Part shown: piece by piece, positions 14,359 through 25,657 of the stretch
Position numbering within the stretch: the first letter of the stretch is position 1
Layout: each line of letters starts with the position of its first letter
Source of the DNA: Lingula anatina
Taxonomy: Eukaryota; Animalia; Brachiopoda
Length of the DNA stretch: 64,000 nucleotides
Direction: 5' to 3'
Assembly: GCA_051362555.1 (NCBI GenBank)
Contig: CM120641.1
Span: forward strand, 7,130,001 to 7,194,000
Position numbers and translations under genes: made by a program
Notes under the pieces: model-generated
What the model saw: the letters and a program-made list of their open reading frames with translations, nothing else
What the model was told of the DNA's origin: nothing
The model's database searches: none

Positions 14359-17300
14359 TCGATCACGCCCTTGATACGATAACAAACGCCAGGCTTTTCA
14401 AAACCGGCTGACATTTAGAATAAATTGTTTATGTTTGACAGACTAACAAATTGCTACAGTGTCGTTTGCGTTATTGTAACCATTCGCCGTTACAGCACCC
14501 GAGGTAATGGCTATTTAAAATTTATGAACAAGCAATAAACTTAGGGTTCATCCACGTAAACGGAACTTTCCGGCTTTGATTCAGAAATTCGACGGAGCGT
14601 TTCAAAAAGCGAGTCAATCTATTAGGGAGATGATTTATGTTTCATCAAAGACGGAAGAAAAATAGCAAGGGGAAATTAACCAGGTACCGTGCCTTAACAA
14701 CAAATAAACACACCTCGCGCGCGCGCGCTAATGACTTTTCTTAATTGGGTATTGCCTGCAAACTAGATACATATCGTTAATAATAGTTCCCTTAGGTATT
14801 AGAAATACATAATAATTTGGCATCTCCTCCCCCTTACATGAGATAAGGAAAACACCATATCGTGCAGCTGGAGATTTAGAGAAAAGCATCTGCTTCGTAC
14901 AAGTCAGCGTAGTTTTGACGTGTTTTTCTTTGTACACTTTACATTTTTACAGACGCGCGTGATGACGGGTGCAGATGATGACATACCGCATGATCACATA
15001 AAAAGCATTGACGTTTGTTTTAAGACATTTTCTCAACTCACGCAGTAGGTCCATTTTGTTTGGGGATATTTTTCCGTTTCTAAAGTCATTTCACGAAAAA
15101 AAAACTCAATCGCAAATATAATAATACTTTTATATTTGATATAAAAGTGTTATTATTATTAGTATTATTATTTATTTCCTTTTTTATAATGTTTTTTTTT
15201 TAAATTATAGAGCTGAAGTATGAGTGGAACATTGCTTTTATGTCGCTCTAAAATGAAGCCAATAAGTTTTTAAAATAAAAGTTACAACAACAAAAATCAT
15301 TGCCTTTTCATAGTGCTTTAACTCTATGTGCGGATAATAAACCTTGATTTTACTTTAAATCAAAGCGGGTATGTTAATTAGATGTAAGCTTCCAGAGGTT
15401 TTGGCATCAAAGGGGACGTGGAAAACGACTGAGCATCTTGTAACATATATTTATATTCATACAAATCAGTTATCAGAAGACACAAACGTTCCACAGACAT
15501 ATCCGATAATGCTAAGAGTTATCGTTGAGGCGCATTGGTTGAATCAAGGATAAGCTGGATTAGAGTAATACCTCAAAATAATCTCCTGCTTTATCATCCA
15601 TTATATATGATACAATTTTATGTGTGTGGCATCATCGAAATTACCCGGCTATTTTAGCAATCTGAAGGAGGTCCCTAAGCCTGATCGTCGCACGCTGACA
15701 CCCCAGGTGAAGAAGTCGATGTAACAGATTCTGATAAACATGAGCCATTAGATAGAATTAACGTAAATTGCGCGTATATACATATAAACACAAAGCTGGA
15801 GTCGTTTCTCCGCCGCTTGGATATGATTTCATAATAAACTCGCCAGTTACTCGTCAGCTGTTTCCTCCCCAATGTTGATACGAACACTGTGTTTGGCCAA
15901 CTGTTCGTCAGGGCTTGCGTCATTATCATACATTGTATAGTCCATTTGCTAAAAGGCTCCGGCACACGAGTTTCTGACCTCTTGAGCGACTTTCTGATGA
16001 TTCTGTGCCAATTTATGATAAAACTTAACTCGTTCACTTTGGACTGGTGTGTACGATTGCAGTAAACCATATCACAGTTTCGTTTTCGAAAGTTAAATGT
16101 ACAGCTGTGGACAATGCCCGTAAAAATGAAAATGTCTCTGTATTTCCTGACATACCTCCCTCAGTGACGGCTCTCATATATGCACAATAAAACTACAACC
16201 CTTACCAATTTAAAAAGAATTATATGGAAACTAGATTTACTTGTTTTCTCTCCCCAAATATGTGTTTTCCCTGTCCTTCGCAGCACGGTCGACGTTGTGT
16301 TTCTGTAAGTGGATATTTTAATGGAAAGACGCCCCGTCGGTAGAGATTTGTTCAAACTGTCACGTTGAGTTCTTTTCATTTTTAACCGGCGACGAAACGG
16401 CGTTTTTCGGGTGGCCTGACCCCCATGCATGAATAACAGTTTCAAGCATCCAACATAATCCCTTAATCTAACGAACTGGAGGAGACAGAAATTAACGCAC
16501 ACGTTTTCATATTTAGAGATCGATAGACTGGTCTGAGAACCACCATATCAAACAATTTCCCGATTGCACCCCTTTTTTTCCTCGTGCACATGCATCAGAT
16601 CTTTTAGAAGATTAGGCAAATAAATTGACAGTTTTGTTCTACAAATAAGTGACTTTCCTTTTATTGGTTTAAACAAAGTGATTTTTCTAAATGCATATCT
16701 AGGAACAATGTATTTATGTAAAAATTCAATATTCACTTCATTATAATCAGCTTTTTTAATAATTCTAGTTTTAACTAATTTAAAAATACATTATGGCAAA
16801 AAGTTGTGTTGCAATATTTCATTAATTTCAGATTGGAAATTTTGATATTTGCTAGTGTTGATGACGGTCGGGTTCCTTATCCAGTGGCTAATTTTTTAAA
16901 AATTAATGTTACTAGAAGCATTTTAACTGGCGTTATGTACACACGACGAGTAAATACACCAACAAAATGAAAATTGAATTAAACGTCCATTAACCCATAC
17001 TTAGACGTAACAAAGGTACATATGCAGAACCTGTGACGACCTAAACTACTGATTGAAATAGGAAATAGAATGCTAAAATTAAGCAAAACAAAAATGAAGA
17101 GGGAAAGAAAGGAATTCACGAAAAAGGTAAGAAAAACGCAGAGAATTTAGTAACACATACACACACTATCAGACATAAAATAACAGAAATTATGTCAACG
17201 CATACATTATCTATAAAAATATACACTCATCATTGTCATAGTCACAAGATTCTTCCGGAATGGCAACTGCACCAAATGTATTTATTCAATCATGATAAGA

Positions 17301-19990
17301 AAAAGATGAGCTTAATATATAAAAAAAATGCTTCACGGGACCGTGCTGAGAGAGAGAGAGAGAGAAAAGTAAAGGTTCAGACTAGAGTTCCCGACTTTCA
17401 GATAAAAAGGAATGAAATAAAAAGAACAATGAATATGCCGCAGAGTTTTGAACGTAGTAGAGGTTCGGAAAACGGAAAAGAAATAGAAGGTGAACGACAC
17501 ACGCGTAACAAAACACGTAACGCGATAGCACTCCGAGATTTTTAAATCAGATTGTTAAAACAGCAAATAATGTGTTCAAAATCCAGATACTCTGGTGTAC
17601 GTACTTCCTTATTGCACCGACCAGACGCGAAGAAACCCTAACGCTGCTGCGAGAAACGTATTTGTTATCCTAACAGGCGCTCAGAAAATGCAGGCTTCCT
17701 TTTACTAACCAGCCGGTTAGATATCATGAATATAGACAAACATTAGATCAGCGTCTTAGTTTACCTGACACATCGGCATGTTACTTCATTTAGCGTTGTT
17801 AATGTGGACAGTAAATAAATAAACATGCACTGGAGACGGCTACGTGATACTGACAAGGGATCACACCATTCTTGGAATGTTGCTCCCACAAATTACCTTC
17901 ACGTTAAAAAATGCTCTCATCTCATTTCCTCTATATTCATATTGCCACTTTTATTCTCATCTATATCTACATCTGTACTGAAACAAATGATTAATGCTAC
18001 TCTAGATGTCAACCATGAAGCAATTCTCATATGCTTTACGAAAAAATCACCAATATCACTCTTCTCTTACTTAACAAGTATCGTTGGTGAAACAGCTAAA
18101 CCTGCTATGTTTTCGTGTTGTCAAACCGAAGAACCAATTATCCAAAAGATCTTTTGTTTTAAAAACAAGGTAAACGAACCTAATTTTCCATTAATCGTGT
18201 CTCTGTTACCATGACATCCAGGTCTGTATCCCAACCCTATGAATTTATATTACCATCACCAGAGACAAACATTGTAGCTGCAGGCCTGTGTGTGTAGAAG
18301 AGTACAATAAAACAGCTCCAGGGCTGTCACACAATGCCACTCAGTTGTTTGCTAACATTCACGCACATGTCATGACCGGTGTGTGTGTGTGTGCACCAGG
18401 GATTCTAGGGAACGTCACTCAAGGGTTCCTCAGTAACTAAACCAAGAGATAAGACGAAAGAGTAGTCATACTTGCTAAAAAGCCGTGCACCGTGTAACCC
18501 CGGTGAATAGACTTGAACATTAATATTGGGGTTTTTCTTTAGATTTCTAAGCAAAAAGATGTGCAAGGGTGAATCAGTTATATAATGCGTTAGATGCGTT
18601 TCAATCGTGTATGGATGTGTTTATGGTAGATTCAAGACATTTTATATTAGCAGCACAAAAAATTTACACATTCTATGGCCGTTAAATAGAGATTCTCTTT
18701 TCCTTTCAAACCAAGCCAAAGGGTTCCTGAAACGGACAAAATAGCACAGGGCGTATAATGCAACTGTGGATGTACACAAAACAGTATCCTTAGCGGATGG
18801 ACATAGAAATTTAAAGCAATTTGTTTGAAAACTTATTGACAATGTTTTTATAAACTACCAGACGATTGGTTCAATACATACGTCCGGTCGTCATATGACT
18901 TTTGTTTATTTACAAATATTGCGACCTCCCTATAGCGAAAATAACTTAATGGAGATTCGAAGGGTTGTGTTTTAAATAACATCTTAAGTTCACAGAAATC
19001 GCTTAAACCCATTTGAACGAACCTACTACATTGAGGATAGAATGTTCTGCCTAAAGTACACACACGCACACAAAATGTGCACTGAGATATATGTTTAGCT
19101 TTCAATAAGAAAAGATGTCTCTGAAGACCTAAACTAAATACGTTTTAGGTTTGTTTCATGCAAAATGGAGAAATATATAACTCGGAAATGTACGCGCTAG
19201 TACATTTTACTTAAATATATTGGATCCTATTAATCTCGTGCCATGGTATTGATGCTAGTAAGGATTATTGTGTTTGTTGGTGATTGCGGTAGCGGTGACG
19301 ACTGGAAAGTACCACATATCCAGACACAAAGCACAACAGCTGCCTAACCTGCTGCAATCTGATATCACGGAGGCTAGACAAGACGTAACACGTTTCTTTA
19401 TATTGTTTCTCCCTAGGTAAAGGCGGGGCTATAATTTTGCCATAGCAATGATTGCATTAGTCGAATATCTTAACTTTCACTCTCTGAAATAGCTTGTAGC
19501 AGTTGTATGTATATAGATATAAAGAAATACCATCCGGCGCGTGTAAGTGTAACAGAGTAATAAAATACATGAATATTTGTGATATTTTTGAAAGCAAAAT
19601 TTTGCCGTATATATCCATTTACTTATGCAGGGAGGATAAAAACACTACCGAACTTTCTGTATATTGTTACTTTTCATGAAGTACACACATAATGATCAAT
19701 AGGCAGATTCGTTTAATACAACTACAACTGTACATGTTTTTTTTTCCGTAGCAATTCTGACTCAACAGAATTTGTGACATAACATCCCTGTAACACTCAA
19801 TGCAAAACAGTTATGTAGTCTCTCTCGTCGGCACTTTTACGTCCGGAAGTTTCTCCTTATTGCAGCGTGGTGGTTTAGGAAGGAAAATATTCCACCTTGT
19901 GTAGCATGGTTGGGTCTTGGTCAAGACTGAGTAAAAGAAGTCAACACATATTCATAGGGATCCAAGTTGTGGTTCGTCCATTTGGGTATG

Positions 19991-20650
19991 TTATTCAGTT
20001 CCTTTCAGTACTCTGTAAGTATACATAAAGCAATCGGTAAGATCACGATAAGCAGTGCGAGGTTTGGCAAGAAGTATCACTTTGTGTTCGGATTCTATCT
20101 TTGGCAGTGTCTGTTTGAAATCAACTTCATCTGGATCTTCTGCGATGTCGACGCGCAGGGTGAAGACGATAATACCATTGTGTTTGGTGATCCTGATCAG
20201 CTCATCTAACACAAGGGGACCGAGGTGCTCAATAACTCCAACACATACCACTGCATCATACTGGTTGGACGGCAGTTGGATTGGGTTAGGACCACCAAGA
20301 ATATCGACATACATATTCCTGTATACACCTTTTTTCTCGGCAATTTCAAGCATCTCAGGACAGATATCAAGTGCATCCAGGTTGTTATATCCTAGTTGTT
20401 GGAGACATTCTCCAACCAACCCCGTCCCTGCACCTGCATCTAGTATTCGGGCATCTTTGACTTTCACCCATTTTGTCAGTGTCTCAGCTGCTATCTTGGG
20501 TGCCACGTATCCCATGTTATCTGTAAGTTCCTTGTCGTAGCGAGTAGCCCACTTCGAGTAATGATTACGTGTTTTTTCGTGAGGACTGCAAGGACTTAAT
20601 CCAGCTGACTCCCAGTCCCTTTCCCAGTCGGTCTTCGACTTTTGTGCCAT
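19991..20650 (-). CDS. METTL27/WBSCR27-like class I SAM methyltransferase, copy 1 (type A1)
   Basis: Motifs Y..WA..YD, ILDAGAGTGLVG (motif I), LDALDICPEML and YDAVVCVG. The ATG at 20650 follows a polypyrimidine-CAG acceptor (~20660), implying a 5'UTR intron. Confidence 0.85.
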   Translation of the reverse strand: MAQKSKTDWERDWESAGLSPCSPHEKTRNHYSKWATRYDKELTDNMGYVAPKIAAETLTKWVKVKDARILDAGAGTGLVGECLQQLGYNNLDALDICPEMLEIAEKKGVYRNMYVDILGGPNPIQLPSNQYDAVVCVGVIEHLGPLVLDELIRITKHNGIIVFTLRVDIAEDPDEVDFKQTLPKIESEHKVILLAKPRTAYRDLTDCFMYTYRVLKGTE

Positions 20651-21284
20651 TTTTTTGTTCTGAAAAAGAGGTACGGTGAGGTTGTAGTTGTGTTTAAGGT
20701 ATCTGAAATAAGTGATCATCGTAAAATGCATTCAGCGAGAGTTCCTGTAGAGTTGGATTGCTTTACATGGACCGATAGATTCAATGAGAATGAGCATTAG
20801 AGTCCCAGGTAAGCAATACTCATTAACTCATAGTACTATCATAATTGCGTTAACATACGATACCAAATTATTCTTGCAGTCTGCAACGTTAACATTGAAA
20901 CCTGGAATAAGATGTTTTAACATTTGCTCACTGTTTCTGCTTATGGCCAGAAGGCGCTGGTGACTGAAATGCCCAGTAGGCTAAAAACTTTTGGCACAGG
21001 CTGCTGCAGATGATAAAGTTTGCATAACCTGTTTGAATATCTGTCTCTGCAGCAGACCCAAGGCATTGGTATGGATTTAGGTCAATGAATAAGCAGGTAA
21101 AAATACCTTATCTGTACTGTATTCCGGTCACGAGTCAGAACAGACACATTTAACAACCGCCGTCTCACCTACTGCAATTTGATGTTTTAAACCTCTAAAA
21201 AAAGTTCTCAGAAAAGACTAAGATCTTTTTTCTTTGTAAGTAAATCTTAATCCTGGACAGAAAATAGAAAGCAACCTTATTCTC

Positions 21285-21421
21285 CCCCCATATATGCATA
21301 AACTTTTAAAAATGATTGGTTGCTAAAACAGAATTAAGTTTCCGATTGAAAGAAAATTCGGACGAAGGAAAAGACGGACGAGGCCCAACATTATATGACC
21401 CGTTATCACGGGTGAATAAAA
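21285..21421 (+). mobile_element. Possible Helentron/HINE-type non-autonomous element end
   Basis: Degenerate GGAC/GACG repeats followed by the stem ACCCGT-TATC-ACGGGT and ATAAAA, a layout resembling invertebrate HINE ends. Confidence 0.35.
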
Positions 21422-21729
21422 CCTTCAGTAGGAAAGAACATTTTATCCGTTTTCCAGCATGTTACAATATATGTGTTTAAAGTAGATATAAAGACATGGA
21501 TACCTAAAAAAGAGGTAAATTCACGGTATTTGACAAATTTTTGCAAAACTGTAATTGTAGGTTATTTTAGAAACTTGTATTTGCAAAAGCTGCTTTTTAA
21601 AATTATTTATTTATTTATTTTTCGTGACAATAAATGCCAGAGTTGCTTCATATAAGCAAGGGATACAAAGGCATTGGGCGAGGAGGACATATATATTGTC
21701 CGAGTAGGATGCCATCAGTGGAGGTATCA

Positions 21730-22362
21730 TTAAGGTTCTTTCAGTACTCTGTAAGAATACATAAAGCAGTCAGTTAGGTCATGATAAGCAGTGCGGGGTT
21801 TGGATAGAAGCGTCACTTCGTTTTCAGATTCTATTATTGGCAGTTTCTGTTTGAAATCGACTTCATCTGGATCTTCAGCGATGTCGACGCGCAGGGTGAA
21901 GACGATAATACCATTGTGTTTGGTGATCCTGATCAGCTCATCTAACGCAGCGGGACCGGGTTGCTCAATAACTCCAACACATACCACTGCATCATACTGG
22001 TTGGACGGCAGTTGGATTGGGTTAGGACCACCAAGAATATCGACATACATATTCTTGTATACACCTTTTCTCTCAGCAATTTCAATCATCTCTGGACAGA
22101 TATCAAGTGCATCCAGGTTGTTATATCCTAGTTGTTGGAGGCATTTTCCAACCAATCCCGTCCCTGCGCCTGCATCTAGTATTCGGGCATCCTTGTCTTT
22201 AATCCATGTTGCCAGTGTCTCAGCCGCTTTGCGAGGTGCCACGTAACCTATTTCATCTGAAACCTCTTTGTCATATTGAGCAGATCTCTTGGCGTAATGA
22301 TTACGAATGTCTGTTGGAGAACTCCTCCATTTCAATCCGAATGCTGCCGATTTGTGAGCCAT
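21730..22362 (-). CDS. METTL27/WBSCR27-like methyltransferase, copy 2 (type A2)
   Basis: Intact ORF MAHKS...VLKEP with the same motifs. Acceptor TTTTCCAG lies just upstream of the ATG. Confidence 0.85.
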   Translation of the reverse strand: MAHKSAAFGLKWRSSPTDIRNHYAKRSAQYDKEVSDEIGYVAPRKAAETLATWIKDKDARILDAGAGTGLVGKCLQQLGYNNLDALDICPEMIEIAERKGVYKNMYVDILGGPNPIQLPSNQYDAVVCVGVIEQPGPAALDELIRITKHNGIIVFTLRVDIAEDPDEVDFKQKLPIIESENEVTLLSKPRTAYHDLTDCFMYSYRVLKEP

Positions 22363-22618
22363 TTTACTGGAAAAGCAGTGCAATAACTAAGTATATGGTA
22401 ATTAATTTAGACTAAAAGGTATCAGAATATTATGTATAAAAATATTAAAGATGATATCTGCATAACATGAAATACTGCATTGTCGCCACTCACGGCACAT
22501 GTATTTAATAAATATAAGAATATGGGGTCAAACTCGTCAAACTCTTAGTACCTGTCAGGAAAAAAATAGATACATAAAAATAAAATAAATAAAAAAATAT
22601 ATAAGCAGCTTCCTTTTT

Positions 22619-22894
22619 AGTGGGGTCGGCCATATTTAGTCGGCGGATCAATTAGTCCGCGGGTCATATGTTTAGAATTCACTCTAATACTCTGAATTAA
22701 AGTAAATACTGTTTATGTGAAGAGATATTTCGGTTGGGTATGGTACGTAGTCAAAGTATTGAGCTTACTTGTTGCCGCATTGTTGTTGGTTCACATGAGA
22801 AGTTTTGTTCATTTGAAGGCTCTCGTTTGACAGAAAGGCCGCATTCACAACAGCGGACTAACTAGTCTGCGGATCAAATATGAAGGACCCACTT
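22619..22894. mobile_element. Degenerate MITE in the 5'UTR intron of type-A2 genes (second copy at 29961-30232)
   Basis: Imperfect ~45-bp inverted ends AGTGGGGTC..CATATTTAGTCGGCGGATCAATTAGTCCGC / GCGGACTAACTAGTCTGCGGATCAAATATG..GACCCACT. Confidence 0.6.
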
Positions 22895-24299
22895 GAATTC
22901 TTGTTACGTAATCCCCGCTGGGAATCTTTTCACTATTGATGACAGCGCGTATAGAATGGCGTTTGTATTAGCCCGCTCAGCACCTGATGCTAATGTAGTA
23001 ACAAGTAACGTGTACGGATACAATTATTTAAATCTGTGTGTAGAGATGGACTGGGTGAAAAGGAATGAATAAAGGGGGGGGGGGGCGCTTGCACGACAGC
23101 GTTTCCATAACTATGAAATTTATATTCTATTACACGATACAAACAGTTCATGTTCATCTGAAGAGACGCATCAGAACATGTAATGCTCACATCTAAATAC
23201 TCTCTGATTCAGAATCCCTGCCTTGTAACATAACGTTAATATAAGATGTGCAAACTTCTTAGAAACATTCACCTCTGTGTATAGATTGACATATTTTCAA
23301 TTTCTTTTTTACTGGGGAAAGAGTAGTTACGCTTTTCAAATTCATTATAAAAAAAGCATGACAAAAACAAAATATAAATCCATCACCGTCTAGGTTACTT
23401 ATTACAGACCGAGTCGTCCACTGTGTGTGATATATAAGAGTGTAACAATCGAGGCGTTGCCGAATTATGCAAGTATACAGTACCAGATCAATACATAAAT
23501 GATGAAATTATGCTTACCGTGTCTGGTGTATGTTAATGGTGAATTTAACGTCCTCACAGCTGATCTAAAGACGTGAATAAACAGTCCAAATGAAGGTCAT
23601 GGGTTAGATCAAAATGCCCCTGACCTGTTGTACTAACTGCTTGTTGTATTTGGTTGACCTGTCACACGGAGAGCGATCACAGTAAGTGACACTGTGGGTG
23701 ACCTTGATTTCATTATTTGTGACAGTCGTACGAAAACGCAAAACCCATTAATCTTGAGGCCAGTCTACAAAGTGCTAAGAAGGAAAGTTAAATGCGTTTA
23801 TATCTTAGGGATCATTTCCAGTGAAACTTTTGTTCTACGTAGCTCGATCCAACTCCGCAGTGACTCTCGCTGAATGTAATCAGATTTGTATATTAGTACG
23901 GCTCATCTTGTTTCCAACATACGCGTATAATCACCAGCTTTTCTGTAGTTTACTCATTGATCAACTCCAAGCGGAGGGAAAAAGAAAGAAAGAAAGAAAG
24001 GAAGTCCGGACCTTATACATGTATAGCCTGCGACATGCTGTCTTGGCCCTGGTTTGCAAAAATATAGAAGATAAAAGATTTTAAGGTAAATGTAATGCCT
24101 ATGTGAGATTTCCAGAAGTCATAAAAATAAAATTTCTTTTATTGGTGATCGGCATCTCTACAGTTTTAGGAGGATTATAGTCTAATAAGTAAAATAAAAA
24201 AGATGTACAGTTTTCGATGTAGTAGGCTACCCTAGTATTTAAATAACGTATTGAAAATTTGCTGATTTAGACAGTCTTTAACATGGAATGATACGAATT

Positions 24300-24439
24300 C
24301 AGGCCCGTAGCCAGCCATGTCAAAGGGAAAGGGGTCTGTTGGGTCCTTTATTGAAAAAGTGGCCCTTTTACCATTTGTGATCCTAGAAGATAAGGCGCCC
24401 AGAGCGCCCCCCCCCCCCCCCCCCCCGGTTACCAGCTTG
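24300..24439. mobile_element. hAT-like MITE (paralogous copy of the 38739 insertion)
   Basis: CAGGCCCGTAGCC start, degenerate right end, CGAATT/TGAATT flanks. Confidence 0.7.
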
Positions 24440-24988
24440 TGAATTAAATAAAACAATGCATTATTTGAATATAGTGATCCGACTTTATTATTTATACAAA
24501 TGTAATGATGTGTTGACATGATAGTTATATTTCCCAACTAGTAGCTAATAACGTCTATAAAGTGCTAGTTACTAAAAAAATTACCTGTTTCTAATATCTA
24601 GCACAAAGGCCCCCTTACTAAAATATTTTTTTTCTGTTCCACTGCCATAGTCCAGTCAAGGACGCATTCACATACAAGATATTGAGAACTCGGGTTGTTT
24701 ACTTATTATAATACAAATATTTAAAACCACGTTGAACGTTTGTCTCTGTGTTAAAACAAACCTTCTCAAATGGGTTCACACAAAATTCTAAGCGGATATA
24801 TATACTGCAAAGCCATTTTTCTTTTTAATAGAATTTCTGAAATTAAACTGCAATGTCAAATTCCTAAGTCATTATTAACAAGATATCAATCAAGTTGCGG
24901 TGACATGTTGCATGTTAAAGTTAACATGCCAAAACGTGAAAGTTTCAATTCTAATATCCCCCTTGAAGTAACATAACACAAAAAGGCA

Positions 24989-25657
24989 CTAATCATTATC
25001 CTTCAGCACCCGGTAGGAATACATAAAACAGTCGTAGGGTATACGATAAGCAGTACGAGGGTTTGCTAAAAGCTCCACTTTTTTCTCACTTTCTAACTGT
25101 GGCAGTTTCTGTTTGAAATCATATTCGTTATCAGGATCTTCGGCGACGTCGACGCGCAGTGTGAAGATGATAACTCCATTGTGCCTGGTGATCCTGATCA
25201 GCTCATCTAACGCAGCGGCTCGTGTATGGGTAATGGCGCCAATGATTAACACTGCATCGTACTGGTTGGAAGGCAGTTGAATTGGAGTCGGTCCTCCGAG
25301 AGTATCCACGTACATATTTTTATAAATGCCTTTCTTCTCAGCAATCTCAAGCATCTCTGGAGAGATATCAAGTGCATCCAAGTTGTTATATCCAAGTTGT
25401 TGGAGACATTCTCCAACCAACCCGGTACCTGCGCCTGCGTCTAATATGCGTGCATCTTTATTTTTAACCCATTTTGCAAGTGTTTCGGCCGCTATCTTGT
25501 GTCCCGCATACCCAAGGTTATCTAATAGTTCTCTGTCATACTCATTAGCCCAGTCTGCATAGAACTCACGGATTTCTTGGTGAGAACTTCTTGAACCAAG
25601 TCCAGATGAATCCCAGGAATGGTCCCATTTAGATTTTTGCGACTGATTTTGCGACAT
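24989..25657 (-). CDS. METTL27/WBSCR27-like methyltransferase, copy 3 (type B)
   Basis: Intact ORF MSQNQ...KDND with YADWANEYD, ILDAGAGTGLVG and YDAVLIIGAITH. Acceptor TTCTTTCAG precedes the ATG. Confidence 0.85.
   Translation of the reverse strand: MSQNQSQKSKWDHSWDSSGLGSRSSHQEIREFYADWANEYDRELLDNLGYAGHKIAAETLAKWVKNKDARILDAGAGTGLVGECLQQLGYNNLDALDISPEMLEIAEKKGIYKNMYVDTLGGPTPIQLPSNQYDAVLIIGAITHTRAAALDELIRITRHNGVIIFTLRVDVAEDPDNEYDFKQKLPQLESEKKVELLANPRTAYRIPYDCFMYSYRVLKDND

Noticed and set aside
15675-18214. Several 110-130 aa ORFs upstream of FoxG
   Set aside because: No domain signature or coherent splice structure; consistent with chance ORFs.
20055-20540. Antisense ORFs of 150-160 aa (also at 21791 and 29142)
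   Set aside because: They are in-register antisense shadows of the methyltransferase CDSs and repeat only because the genes are duplicated.
20651-20731. N-terminal ORF extensions of the methyltransferases
   Set aside because: They run through polypyrimidine-AG acceptors, differ between types and partly use non-ATG starts, so they are probably intronic.
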